64,000 bases of DNA from Macrostomum lignano (lineage: Eukaryota): positions 62,001 through 126,000 of the forward strand of contig NIVC01002999.1 of assembly GCA_002269645.1 (NCBI GenBank), given 5' to 3'. Below the pieces are notes generated by a model. It was not told the DNA's origin and ran no database searches. It saw only the letters and a list, made by a program, of their open reading frames with translations. Each line of letters opens with the position of its first letter. The first letter of the stretch is position 1. Both the position numbers and the translations under genes were made by a program. This document shows positions 1 through 10,378 of the stretch, in pieces.

Positions 1-12
1 GCGAGTACTTTA

Positions 13-3000
13 GTGCAGTTCGGAGATTTAGAATTAGAAATAGAATTCCTACTCTGCAGCCACGATTGTGACAACATACTAGGCATGGAATTCTTTAAAA
101 ATCGCTGTGAAAGCATTCAATTAGCAAAAGGCATGTTAATTTTAAAAGAGGGGACTTGTATTCCCATGCAGTATACTCATTTGCCAGTAAAAGTTTGCCG
201 AGTATATACTCAGGAGAGGGCAGTAGTTCCGCCTAATAGCGCACTGCGAATCCCAGTGAGATTAGCCAAAAATTCAGAAGCCAATTATGGCACGCCAATG
301 ACTATTGAGACTATTGGAAGTAGTATTAGGACTAAGACAGAGACAGTAGAAATGAATCCGACTTTAGTTACTATGCGCGATGGCGTAGCCATAGTAGAAG
401 TAGTGAATCAAAGCACGGTAGAAGTGAAATTGCCGAAATCAACCTTAGTAGGTTTAGCTAAGCCAATCAGGGCTAGAGAGCTCACTTACATGAATAATGA
501 AGTAGATCAAACCGTGCCGTCAGATCAGCCAATCACCGGACGTGTCAATCAAACGCAATCTACAAGTGAAACTTGGATTAGCGAAATAGATATTAGTGAA
601 GATTTGACAGCAGAACAGAGAGATAGGGTGATTCAGCTCGTAAAAGAGCATAGAGAGGCCTTTTCTCAACATGGTCTAGATATGGGCTTAACATCACTAG
701 TCACGCATGAGATCTCGCTAAGGGATGAGACACCTGTTAGGATTCCGACTAGAAGGATTCCCCCTCATCTGCAGAAACAGGTAGATGCTCAGCTAGATGA
801 CATGTTAGCTAAGAACTTAATTAGGCCATGCTATTCGACCTATTCAACACCTTTAGTGATCGTGCCGAAGAAAGATGGTACTATTCGAATAGTCAGTGAT
901 TTTAGAGTGCTGAATTCACGAGTGAACTACTTTCCGTATCCGCTGCCAAATATTCAGGAGACATTTTCAAACTTAACAGGCAGTCAGTATTTTAGTAGCC
1001 TTGACCTGAATTCTGGTTATTGGCAAGTTCCGATAAAAGAGGAACACAAGTTTATGACTGCATTTTCAACATTAACAAGAGGTCAGTTTGAGTATCAAGT
1101 TATGGCTCAGGGCTTATCTAATGCCCCAGGTACTTTTCAAAGGCTTATGAATCTAGTGTTAGCAGGCATTCAGCATAAATATGCCATGTCATACATAGAT
1201 GATATAGTGACCTATTCTAAGCAGTTCGAAGATCATTTAGAACACCTTAAGGAGGTATTTAAAAGACTAATTAGTGCAGGACTGAAACTAAGAGCTAAAA
1301 AGTGCAACCTATTTCATAGCGAACTAAAATATTTAGGCCATGTAATTGGAAGAGAAGGAATTAGGACTGATGAAGCTAAGATAGAAGCCATTAGGAGCTG
1401 GCCAAAGCCAAAGGATGTAAAAGAGCTAAGAAGTTTCTTAGGATTATGCAATTATTATAGTCGCTTTGTTAAGAATTATGCTGAGGCTGCACATCCGTTA
1501 TTTCAACTAACTAGGAAAGGAGTGCAGAACTTTCAGGCAAAGTGGACTAGAGCTCATGATGAAGCATTTGAAGAGCTTAAGAAAAGAATGATGTCAACAG
1601 AAGTGTTAGCCTATCCAGAGTTTGTAGACGATGAGAATGTTAGAATGGTCTTAGACACTGATGCTAGTGATGGACGCATAGGGGCCTGCCTAGGCCAAAT
1701 CCAGTCAGATGGCATCGAGAGGCCTATAGCATATTTCAGTCGGGCTATGAAAGAAACAGAGAAGCGCTATCCAATAACTAGAAAAGAGTTGCTAGCGTTA
1801 GTAGACGCAATGAAGCATTTTAGATTTTATCTGATAGGAAAGCGATTTTTAGCGCGCACAGATCATAAGGCGATTTTATGGTTGTTAAGGCAAACAGAGG
1901 CCCAAGGGATTCTAGGACGTTGGGTGGAACGCTTAAATGAATTTCAATTCGATATTGAGCATAGAAGCGGTGCCAAACATTCCAACGCGGACAGTTTGTC
2001 CAGAAGACCGGCAGAAGTAGCTGAGGCAACCGAAATTGAGCAAGGCGTGAAAGCCTATGAAAGCGAATTTGAGCAAGGCGTGAAAGCCTATGACAGTGAG
2101 ATTAAGCAAGGCGTGAAAGCCTATGAAAGTGAAATTAAGCAAGGCGTGAAAGCCTGTGAAAGTGAAAAGGGCGTGAAGCCGATAGACAGCGTGAATGCTG
2201 CAGTAGGCGAGACAGTAGAAGAAGGAGAAAGAGAGATGCAGACTTCGCATCCCGAGGACTCAGAGTCTAGGATCAAGTCATTAGTCATTTCAGGAGTAGA
2301 AGGTGCGAAGGTAGAAGATGTGTCAGCACCGAGTTCAAGCTTAACGCAACAGAACAGAGACACTGAACCTGATCACAGAGAGAGTGAGATACCTAAAGTT
2401 ACAAAATTACTAACTGACTACTTGCAAGTACCATTGAAGAAGGAGCAAATTGTTAAAGCTCAGAGGGAAGACACAGCAATCTGCACACTAATAGAGTGGA
2501 AGCAAGAAAATCTGTCAGTCCCGCCAATTCAGAAAAATGAGTCAGTCGAACTGAAGCAGTTAAGACGAAAATATGAGAAAATGAAGTTAGAGAGAAATCT
2601 GTTGACTATAGAAGAAGAAGGAATCTGGAAAATAGTTTTGCCTAAATCTTTAGATAAGCTAGTGTTTAGCGATCTGCATGATAGCCCGCTAGCAGGACAT
2701 TTAGGTAGAGACAAAACAGTTCAGCGAGTTAGAGAGAGATTTTGGAGACCAGGCTTAGTAGCCGCAGTAGAAAAGCATGTGGCAGAATGCATCCCTTGCT
2801 TAGAGAGCAAAAGAGGCCATAAAGTGCAAGCTCCGATTCAGTCATTTCCAATTAGTGAGCCATTTCACCGGTTACACATAGATGTGATAGGGCCAATTTC
2901 AAAAATTAGCAAAAGAGGCCATCAGTATGTGTTGACAATAGTAGACAGCAATACTCGCTATCCGTTTGCATTTCCAATGCGCAATCAAAAAGCTGACACA

Positions 3001-3528
3001 ATTATTAAGCTATTGCAAGAAAGAGTATTTAGTGAATATGGCCAATGCCAATGGATTCACACAGATAATGGCAAGGCATTCACTAGCAAACAATTTAGTG
3101 CATTCTGTGAGTTGTACAATGTGAAGCATACTTTCACAACTCCATATCACGCACAGAGCAATGGTTTAGTTGAGAGATTTAACAAGCAGGTCAAATCAAT
3201 AGTCACATGCCTGATTGAGAAAGATCATAGCAATTGGGATCTATTAATTCCAGCAGCTTTAGTCGCAGTTAGAACTAGCGTTAATCAGACTACAGGCTAT
3301 TCGCCGCATTTCTTATTGTTTGGCAGAGAGGCAGTTTTGCCCATAGACAGCGAACTTAGAGAGCCAAACCAATACGCTAACTATCCGACCTATGTAGCCG
3401 AACATGCCGAGAGATTAGAGAGTGCTAGAAAAATAGTTAAGGAAAAGTTTGAGAAAGTGCATGACAAAAGGCAGACAGACGCCGAGAATCAGAAAAAGCC
3501 AAAGGCTATCGAAGTAGGAAGTTTAGTA
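13..3528 (+). CDS. pol: Gypsy pol polyprotein part 1: aspartic protease (C-terminal half), reverse transcriptase, RNase H, integrase zinc finger and core
   Basis: Motifs ILGMEFF (protease), LDLNSGYWQV and YIDD (RT), LDTDAS, ELLAL, RTDHKA and NADSLSR (RNase H), H-x6-H...C-x2-C, HIDVIGP, HTDNG and SNGLVERFN (IN, DDE). The ORF-track tail after 3528 (LTSNLRPPLG...) is insertion sequence. Confidence 0.97.
2038..2180 (+). repeat. 33-bp in-frame tandem repeat (EQGVKAYESEI-like, about 4.5 copies) in the RNaseH-integrase spacer
   Basis: GAGCAAGGCGTGAAAGCCTATGAAAGCGAATTT unit recurs at 33-bp spacing (2038, 2071, ...). Confidence 0.9.
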
Positions 3529-3769
3529 CTAACTAGCAATCTACGCCCCCCGTTGGGGAGCCAAAGAAATGCAATACACGTTTTTTTAATATGCTACATG
3601 TATCCTTGAAATCTTAAAAAATCTCCTGTCAAACCTTGTAAGCCTTGACATGTCAGTAATTCCCCCCACAAGCTTTAACATATCAACTCCCCCCCCCCCC
3701 TGACATCTCAGCAATGCCCCCAATAAGCCTTGAAAATCTAAAAATATCTGTCAACCTTCTAACCCTAAT

Positions 3770-3850
3770 CAAAACCTAACCCTAACTCTAACCCTAGCCT
3801 AACCCTAGCCCTAACCCTAACCCTAACCCTAACCCTAACCCTAACCCTAA
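3770..3850 (-). repeat. Interstitial (TTAGGG)n telomere-like repeat inside H1
   Basis: 7 perfect CCCTAA units at 3809-3850 preceded by degenerate units. Confidence 0.9.
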
Positions 3851-3964
3851 AGCATTGAAATTTCAGTAATTCTCTCTAAGAGTCATTATAGCACTACTAC
3901 AGCATTATAGCGATTCCCTGCAAGCCTCGACATCGTAGGGATTCCCAAATGAATCTCTTAACTT

Positions 3965-6110
3965 CGACATGAAGCTTCTTTTATTTTTTACATTACGCTT
4001 TAATGATGTTTTAGATGACGCTTCTATGATTTTTTACATGACGCTTCTATGATTTTTTACATGACGCTTCTATGATTGTTTACACGACGCTTCTATGATT
4101 TTTTACATGACGCTTTTATGATTTTTACATGACGCTTCTATGATTGTTTACATGACGCTTCTATGATTGTTTATATGACGCTTCTATGATTTTTTACATG
4201 ACGCTTCTATGATTTTTTACATGACGCTTCTATGATTGTTTACACGATGCTTCTATGATTTTTTACATGACGCTTCTATGATTTTTTACATGACGCTTCT
4301 ATGATTTTTTACATGACGCTTCTATGATTATTTCATGACGCTTCTACGATTTCTGCAGGACGCTTCAATAATTTTTACATGACACCTCTATGATTTTTAC
4401 ATGACGCTTCTATGATTGTTTATATGACGCTTCTATGCTTTTTACATGACGCTTCTATGATTTTTTACATGACTCTTCTATGATTGTTTACATGACGCTT
4501 CCATGATTGTTTACATGACGCTTCTATGATTTTTTACATGACGCTTCTATGATTGTTTACATGACGCTTCTATGATTGTTTACATGACGCTTCTATGATT
4601 TTTTAAATGACGTTTTTTTTGATTTTTATATGACGCCTCTATGATTTTTTACATGACGCTTCTATGATTTTTATATTACGCTCTTACGATTTTTTACATG
4701 ACGCTTCTATGATTGTTTACACGATGCTTCTATGATTTTTTACATGACTCTTCTATGATTTTTACATGACGCTTTAATGATTTTTTCATGACGCTTCTAC
4801 GATTTTTTACATGAAGCTTCTATGATTGTTTACATGACGCTTCTATGATTGTTTACATGACGCTTCTATGATTGTTTACATGACGCTTCTATGATTTTTT
4901 ACATGACACTTCTATGCTTTTTACATGATGCTTCCACGATTTTTTACATGACACTTCTACGATTTTTTACATGACGCTTCTATGATTTCTTACATGACGC
5001 TTCCATGATTGTTTACATGACGCTTCTATGATTGTTTACATGACGCTTCTATGATTGTTTACATGACGCTTCTATGATTTTTTACATGACGCTTCTATGA
5101 TTTTTATATGACGCTTCTACGATTTTTTACATGACTCTTTTATGATTTTTTACATGACGCTTCTCTGATTGTTTACATGACGCTTCTATGATTGTTTACA
5201 CGACGCTTCTATTATTTTTTACATGACACTTCTATGCTTTTTACATGATGCTTCCACGATTTTTTACATGACACTTCTACGATTTTTTACATGACGCTTC
5301 TATGATTTCTTACATGACGCTTCCATGATTGTTTACATGACGCTTCTATGATTGTTTACATGACGCTTCTATGATTTTTTAAATGACGCTTCTATGATTT
5401 TTATATGACGCTTCTACGATTTTTTACATGACTCTTTTATGATTTTTTACATGACGCTTCTCTGATTGTTTACATGACGCTTCTATGATTGTTTACACGA
5501 CGCTTCTATTATTTTTTACATGACGCTTCTATGATTTTTTACATGACTCTTCTATGATTGTTTACATGACGCTTCTATGATTGTTTACATGACGCTTCTA
5601 TGATTTTTTAAATGACGTTTTTTTGATTTTTATATGACGCCTCTATGATTTTTTAAATGACGCTTCTATGATTTTTTAAATGACGTTTTTTTGATTTTTA
5701 TATGACGCCTCTATGATTTTTTAAATGACGCTTCTATGATTTTTATATTACGCTCTTACGATTTTTTACATGACGCTTCTATGATTGTTTGCATGACGCT
5801 TCTATGATTGTTTACATGACGCTTCTATGATTTTTTACATGACGCTTCTATGATTGTTTACATGACGCTTCTATGATTTTTTACATGACGCTTCTATGAT
5901 TGTTTACATGACGCTTCTATGATTGTTTGCATGACGCTTCTATGATTGTTTACATGACGCTTCTATGATTTTTTACATGACGCTTCTATGATTGTTTACA
6001 TGACGCTTCTATGATTTTTTACATGACGCTTCTATGCTTTTTACATGATGCTTCCACGATTTTTTACATGACGCTTCTATGATTTTTTACATGACGCTTT
6101 TATGATTTTT
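3965..6110. repeat. 23-bp minisatellite (ATGACGCTTCTATGATTTTTTAC)n, about 90 copies, cargo of H1
   Basis: Direct tandem units read along 2.1 kb. Confidence 0.97.
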
Positions 6111-6747
6111 TTAGTTTTCTTGGCGTTAAAAAGCTTTAATTAAAAAAACTCTACTCTCTAAAAATTCGAACCATCGTTTCTGCATTTAGCAGTTCAGTCT
6201 GTTTACCTCTAGGCTAGCTCTCATCGTTTTGATAACATGAATTTTAGCACTTATAATTATAAGTTTCAAAACTCCAAGCATAGAGTAAATCACACGAGGC
6301 AGTTATTACATAATCAATTTCTCAGTCAGTCAGTATCAGTTAACAATATGGTTGCGCAATCTAAATCAAGTCTGCAGTGCTACGCTTCCACACTGCATTT
6401 TCAATACTGTGACGCAATTCAAGTCGGAGTTACAATTCAGTTATGATGTAATCTATTTCAGAATCAGAATTCAACCAGTCAGTTTTTTCTCTAGCATTCT
6501 TACAATGCATTTCAAGTCGAAAAGTTTGCTTGACCTTTGCAAAAAAGCATGTTTTTCGAATATTTAATCGCTTTAACATGGAGCAATTTCTTAGCCAAGA
6601 TGCATGTACCGTCCCAGGAAAATTTCTGATCGAACAGTGCAAGTTCGAAGAAAATCGGTCCAGCCATTTTTTCTCTAATCGATTGCGTACAAACAAACAA
6701 CTCATTTTTAGTATATAGGAAGATTTAGTATATTTAGATTTTTAGTA

Positions 6748-7506
6748 TATTGGATTAATAATCCACAACTTAACATTGACGAATCTAATAAGTTTCATAG
6801 GAAAAAGCGAGCCGCCTTTCGAGTGCTTAAGCAAATCTCAGAAGTAGTTTTTAAGATTCAAAAAGAAGAAGAAGGCGAGTTAGTAGGCAACAAGTTATTA
6901 GTACATAGGGATAACATAGCCCCAGTGCCAAACTCTGTGAAAGAGCCAATAGATAAGGGAAGCCAGGAGAGCGCTGAGACAGTAGAAATTATTAATAAGG
7001 AGAGCCAGACGAAAGCTAAGCATTCAAATAAAAGAAATCAGCAGGAGGTAGGACAATCAAGCAAGGGAAGCCACGCCAGAAAGAATAGACTAGAAGAACC
7101 AGTTATCGAATTAGAAGAAGAAAGCTCTGATGAGGAACAGCCGAAGTGGTTTTGCAAGATTCGTGAAAATGAACAATCGGTACATGAGAATGAATCAGAG
7201 TTGGAAGCGGAGTCAGAAGCTGAGATAGAAAATAATATGCAACATGAGAGCCTAGTGGAAGAGGAGATGGAGAGGTCAGAGCGAGAGGGAGGAGAAGTAA
7301 CGATCGATAACAGACGCGAAACAGAACAGGGGGAAGGAAAAGGCGCGCATGCGGGCCACACTGAGAATGGGGGTACGCCAGACAAAGAGGGTAATAAAAC
7401 TAAACCATATAACACACGCAGCCGTACTAGGCCACCAGTCAAATGCCAGTGTTATCTAAAAAAGCTTGCTACTGTATGGAGACTATTAGAAAAATTAAAC
7501 TTTTAG
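6748..7506 (+). CDS. pol: Gypsy pol part 2: integrase C-terminus (GPY/F-like region) plus long acidic tail
   Basis: The frame is open from 6748 (YWINNPQLNIDESNKFHRKKRAAFRVLKQISEVVFKIQ...LLVHRDNIAPV) and joins EVGSLV at 3528 in phase. It resembles the K-x-x-x-x-x-x-GPFRV...VH-x-x-x-LK integrase tail. Confidence 0.88.
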   Translation, partial: YWINNPQLNIDESNKFHRKKRAAFRVLKQISEVVFKIQKEEEGELVGNKLLVHRDNIAPVPNSVKEPIDKGSQESAETVEIINKESQTKAKHSNKRNQQEVGQSSKGSHARKNRLEEPVIELEEESSDEEQPKWFCKIRENEQSVHENESELEAESEAEIENNMQHESLVEEEMERSEREGGEVTIDNRRETEQGEGKGAHAGHTENGGTPDKEGNKTKPYNTRSRTRPPVKCQCYLKKLATVWRLLEKLNF

Positions 7507-7640
7507 CCAGCCAATAGGAATTCAGTTGCGGTTTAAATCAAGTGTTTATTGCGCAAGAGCCAATAAGATAATTTACAAAGATTAAAACAAGTAGTTTGTT
7601 TAAATTAACTCAGCGGGGGGGAAGTTAATTTATATAAAAG
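7505..7640 (+). promoter_or_regulatory. Putative internal Pol II promoter of the retrotransposon
   Basis: CCAAT at 7511 and 7560, a G-run at 7614-7621 and TATATAAAAG at 7631-7640, about 70 bp upstream of the ATG at 7709. Confidence 0.5.
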
Positions 7641-7708
7641 GAGACACTTAATCAGGAAGGAGTCAGGATGGACTCTAAATCTAACAGTCAAAATTAAACT
7701 AGCTAGCT

Positions 7709-8467
7709 ATGGACGAAATAGATCTGTTCGCAGACTTTGAAGATTTACTAGGAGATTTTACTATCCCAGTAGGGCAAGAGGCGGTAGTCGCCCAGCAGCC
7801 GCAGCAGCAAGAGGCGGTAGTCGCCCAGCAGCCGCAGCAGCAAGAGGCGGTGGTCGCCCAGCAGCCGCAGCAGCAAGAGGCGGTGGTCGCCCAGCAGCCG
7901 AAGCAGCAAGAGGCGGTAGTCGCCCAGCAGCCGCAGCAGCAAGAGGCGGTAGTCGCCCAGCAGCCGCAGCAGCAGCAGGCAGTAGTCACCCAGCAGTCAG
8001 AAACGATAGTTATTGAGGATCAAGAAGCAGAGGCAGCCATCGACCAAGGAAGAAGCACCCGACTAAAGTCTGTGGTAATACGGCCGGCAGCACAGAAGGT
8101 GCCTGTGCCGCATAATCCGCAGGCTCGAGCGTCATTACTACGTGATCAAGCCAACAGACCAGTTGAAATAAGCGATAACATTCGCAAGCGACAGCCGCCA
8201 GGAGCGAACGCGACTCAGTTTATTACCATCAAACAGCCTAGACTCATTCTGCCGCGACAGCAGTCGAGACCGCAGCCAACAGTCATGTCATCGCAAAGTA
8301 CGTCATCGGCGCAGCCTCAGGCCCCGGCCATTGGAAGGCAGGCAGCCTCAGCAGTGACACTAAGAAGCCACCGATCGCAGAACCCGATGGCCTTGGGGCT
8401 AATTTCGCGGCCGTGCTGCAGGAAGTTCCGACTCATCTTCAAGAACCATACAAACAGGCCATCATGA
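7709..8467 (+). CDS. Retrotransposon accessory ORF A: acidic/hydrophobic N-terminus, Q-rich 33-bp repeats (QEAVVAQQPQQ x6), low-complexity C-terminus; function unknown
   Basis: 252-codon ATG-initiated ORF between pol and the PPT, with no signal peptide or TM segment. Confidence 0.6.
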   Translation: MDEIDLFADFEDLLGDFTIPVGQEAVVAQQPQQQEAVVAQQPQQQEAVVAQQPQQQEAVVAQQPKQQEAVVAQQPQQQEAVVAQQPQQQQAVVTQQSETIVIEDQEAEAAIDQGRSTRLKSVVIRPAAQKVPVPHNPQARASLLRDQANRPVEISDNIRKRQPPGANATQFITIKQPRLILPRQQSRPQPTVMSSQSTSSAQPQAPAIGRQAASAVTLRSHRSQNPMALGLISRPCCRKFRLIFKNHTNRPS

Positions 8468-8772
8468 AGATCAAGTCTTACCTGCTCAGCGTGGCTTTGC
8501 TCAGAATAGATGGGAGAGGCTTCTTGCCTCAAACCAAAGAGCCAGAAACGGCAATCGAGGAACTTCAGGCCAACTTTTCGCATGAGCAGTGTATAGCGGC
8601 CTGGCGAAAGGCTGTTACGTACGCTCTACATGATCTCACCCAATCGGCTTGGTTTTACCAGCAGGCACAGCTGCGGTTCGAGGTCTGCTGGATGGCCGAC
8701 AAGTTGGGATGGCCAGTCAAGAACAGCTTGCCATCAGAATTCGGTATGAATATAGGTAATAGGCGTAATTAA
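8242..8772 (+). CDS. Retrotransposon accessory ORF B (frame open from 8242, overlaps ORF A in the -1 frame); predicted helical domain, function unknown
   Basis: Stop-free 8242-8769, with globular-looking sequence (PYKQAIMKIKSYLLSVALLRIDGRGF...CIAAWRKAVTYALHDL...FEVCWMADKLGW). Confidence 0.5.
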   Translation, partial: THSAATAVETAANSHVIAKYVIGAASGPGHWKAGSLSSDTKKPPIAEPDGLGANFAAVLQEVPTHLQEPYKQAIMKIKSYLLSVALLRIDGRGFLPQTKEPETAIEELQANFSHEQCIAAWRKAVTYALHDLTQSAWFYQQAQLRFEVCWMADKLGWPVKNSLPSEFGMNIGNRRN

Positions 8773-8794
8773 CATTTTGCTGACACTCACGAAT

Positions 8795-9115
8795 TGCTTA
8801 ACCTGTACTTATTCATTTACTTAACCTGTGCTTATTCATTTGCTTAACCTGTGCTTATTCATTTGCTTAACCTGTGCTTATTCATTTGCTTAACCTGTGC
8901 TTATTCATTTGCTTAACCTGTGCTTATTCATTTGCTTAACCTGTACTTATCCATATTGCTTAAATCTGTGCCACGATGCTATTTTACTTATTCATTTACT
9001 TAACCTGTGCTTATTCATTTGCTTAACCTGTGCTTATTCATTTACTTAACCTGTGCTTATTCATTTACTTAACCTGTGCTTATTCATTTGCTTAACCTGT
9101 ACTTATCCATATTGT
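8795..9115. repeat. 23-bp minisatellite (CTTATTCATTTGCTTAACCTGTG)n in the retrotransposon 3' UTR
   Basis: About 11-12 tandem units in two blocks. Confidence 0.93.
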
Positions 9116-9356
9116 TTAATCGGTGCTATGATGCGATTTTCTTTTACTATTTAGCTCACTAATACTATTCACTTGCATAATTTGTGAGTATCTGTATTGT
9201 TTTCGTATGCTACTTATAGTATTGTTCATGTAATTTGTATTTTTTCACACATATAATTAATTCAAAAATCCAATTAAGGGAAGCCAGTTGTAATAGGGTC
9301 GATCTTTTATTCTTACTAATAGTAGTTTTAAGCGGGTTTAATGAGCTATTTTTACT

Positions 9357-9532
9357 CAGCCAATCAGTAAATTTCCTTGTTTAAATCCCTTAATTATTTT
9401 GTTTTAACTAACTTCAGCCAATGGAGTTTAATAATTTGTTATAATTTCGTAAGCTATTTTGTTATAATTAATTTCATCCAATCAAATTAAGTTTTATCCT
9501 CTATATAAACGGAACGATTGACCAAGAATAAA
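9357..9532 (+). promoter_or_regulatory. LTR U3 promoter and poly(A) signal
   Basis: CCAAT at 9360, 9418 and 9478 (58-60 bp spacing), CTATATAAA at 9501-9509, AATAAA at 9527-9532. Confidence 0.7.
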
Positions 9533-9645
9533 ATTAACTGGCTCTTCCGCGAATTTTCGCGAGCTCGCTCTCAACCGGAGAAGAAGCGTTTTTGCCATCC
9601 AAACCAAAACGTGAGTTGAAACTTGCGAGTCTTAGTTCTTTGTAG

Positions 9646-9960
9646 GAATAGGGAGAAATCAGAGGTCGTGGAGACCCAGAACTAGGGATCTGAATAGGGA
9701 GAAATCAGAGGTCGTGGAGACCCAGAACTAAGGATCTGAATAGGGAGAAATCAGAGGTCGTGGAGACCCAGAACTAAGGATCTGAATAGGGAGAAATCAG
9801 AGGTCGTGGAGACCCAGAACTAGGGATCTAAATAGGGAGAAATCAGAGGTCGTGGAGACCCAGAACTAGGATCTAAATAGGGAGAAATCAGAGGTCGTGG
9901 AGACCCAGAACTAGGATCTAAATAGGGGGAAATCAGAGGTCGTGGAGACCCAAGACAGAG
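9646..9960. repeat. 46-bp tandem repeat in the LTR (about 7 copies)
   Basis: GAATAGGGAGAAATCAGAGGTCGTGGAGACCCAGAACTAGGGATCT starts at 9646, 9692, ... Confidence 0.93.
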
Positions 9961-10378
9961 GTCTAAAATTAAGGAGAAATTTAAGGTCGTGCAGACTCTA
10001 AGGAAGCCGTACTGGCTAATAATAGGTATTAGGCGCTAGGAAATTAGGCATTAGAGGAGTGAATTAGCTACTGCTGGACACCCTTGATCCTCGGAAAACG
10101 CTAGACTTTCGGACTAAAATTAGGAAATTAGACAGTGTCTTACCGCTCGGGCACTACACGCTATCACAAGGTTTCCAAGAAATCGTGTGAAATTAGAGAA
10201 GGGTCATAGTTCAGAGGCAGCCAATACTACTAGAAGTAGACAGCTTAGGGACAGGAACCAGAAAGTCTGTGAAAGGCTCAGTAGCTTTAAGGTGGAATTG
10301 CAGTTAGAACGAGTACGTCTGCGACAACTTGGTGACATCTAGTGGGATCTAGAAGAAGGAGGAAACAAATCTGTAACA

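Larger units (their letters stand above)
3533..6747 (-). mobile_element. Non-autonomous Helitron-like element H1 (Lep1/DINE-1-like architecture) inserted in pol
   Basis: On the minus strand: 5' ATACTAAA repeats, a GTTT microsatellite and a TGGCTGGACCGATTTTCTTCGAACTTG motif; 3' end CCCCAACGGGG hairpin then GATTGCTAG (CTAG at 3533-3536). 6120-6747 is the reverse complement of the homologous 11451-12070. Removing 3529-6747 restores the pol frame. Confidence 0.75.
1..10378 (+). mobile_element. Ty3/Gypsy LTR retrotransposon, 3' part (gag and 5' LTR outside the window), interrupted by a Helitron-like insertion at 3529-6747
   Basis: Domain order PR-RT-RNaseH-IN is typical of Ty3/Gypsy. Purine-rich tract AAGGGAAG at 9276-9283 is followed by TGTAATAG (9289), and the LTR ends CTGTAACA (10378). 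Confidence 0.95.
9289..10378 (+). repeat. 3' LTR (about 1090 bp)
   Basis: TG...CA termini with imperfect inverted ends (TGTAATAG / CTGTAACA), following the PPT; contains CCAAT x3, TATA and AATAAA. Confidence 0.8.

Noticed and set aside
7709-8772. env gene of an errantivirus-like element
   Set aside because: No signal peptide, furin site, fusion peptide or TM anchor.
9646-9960. Regularly spaced repeats as a possible CRISPR array (also 42720-43370 and 45671-45985)
   Set aside because: The units are contiguous with no unique spacers, there are no cas genes and the context is eukaryotic.
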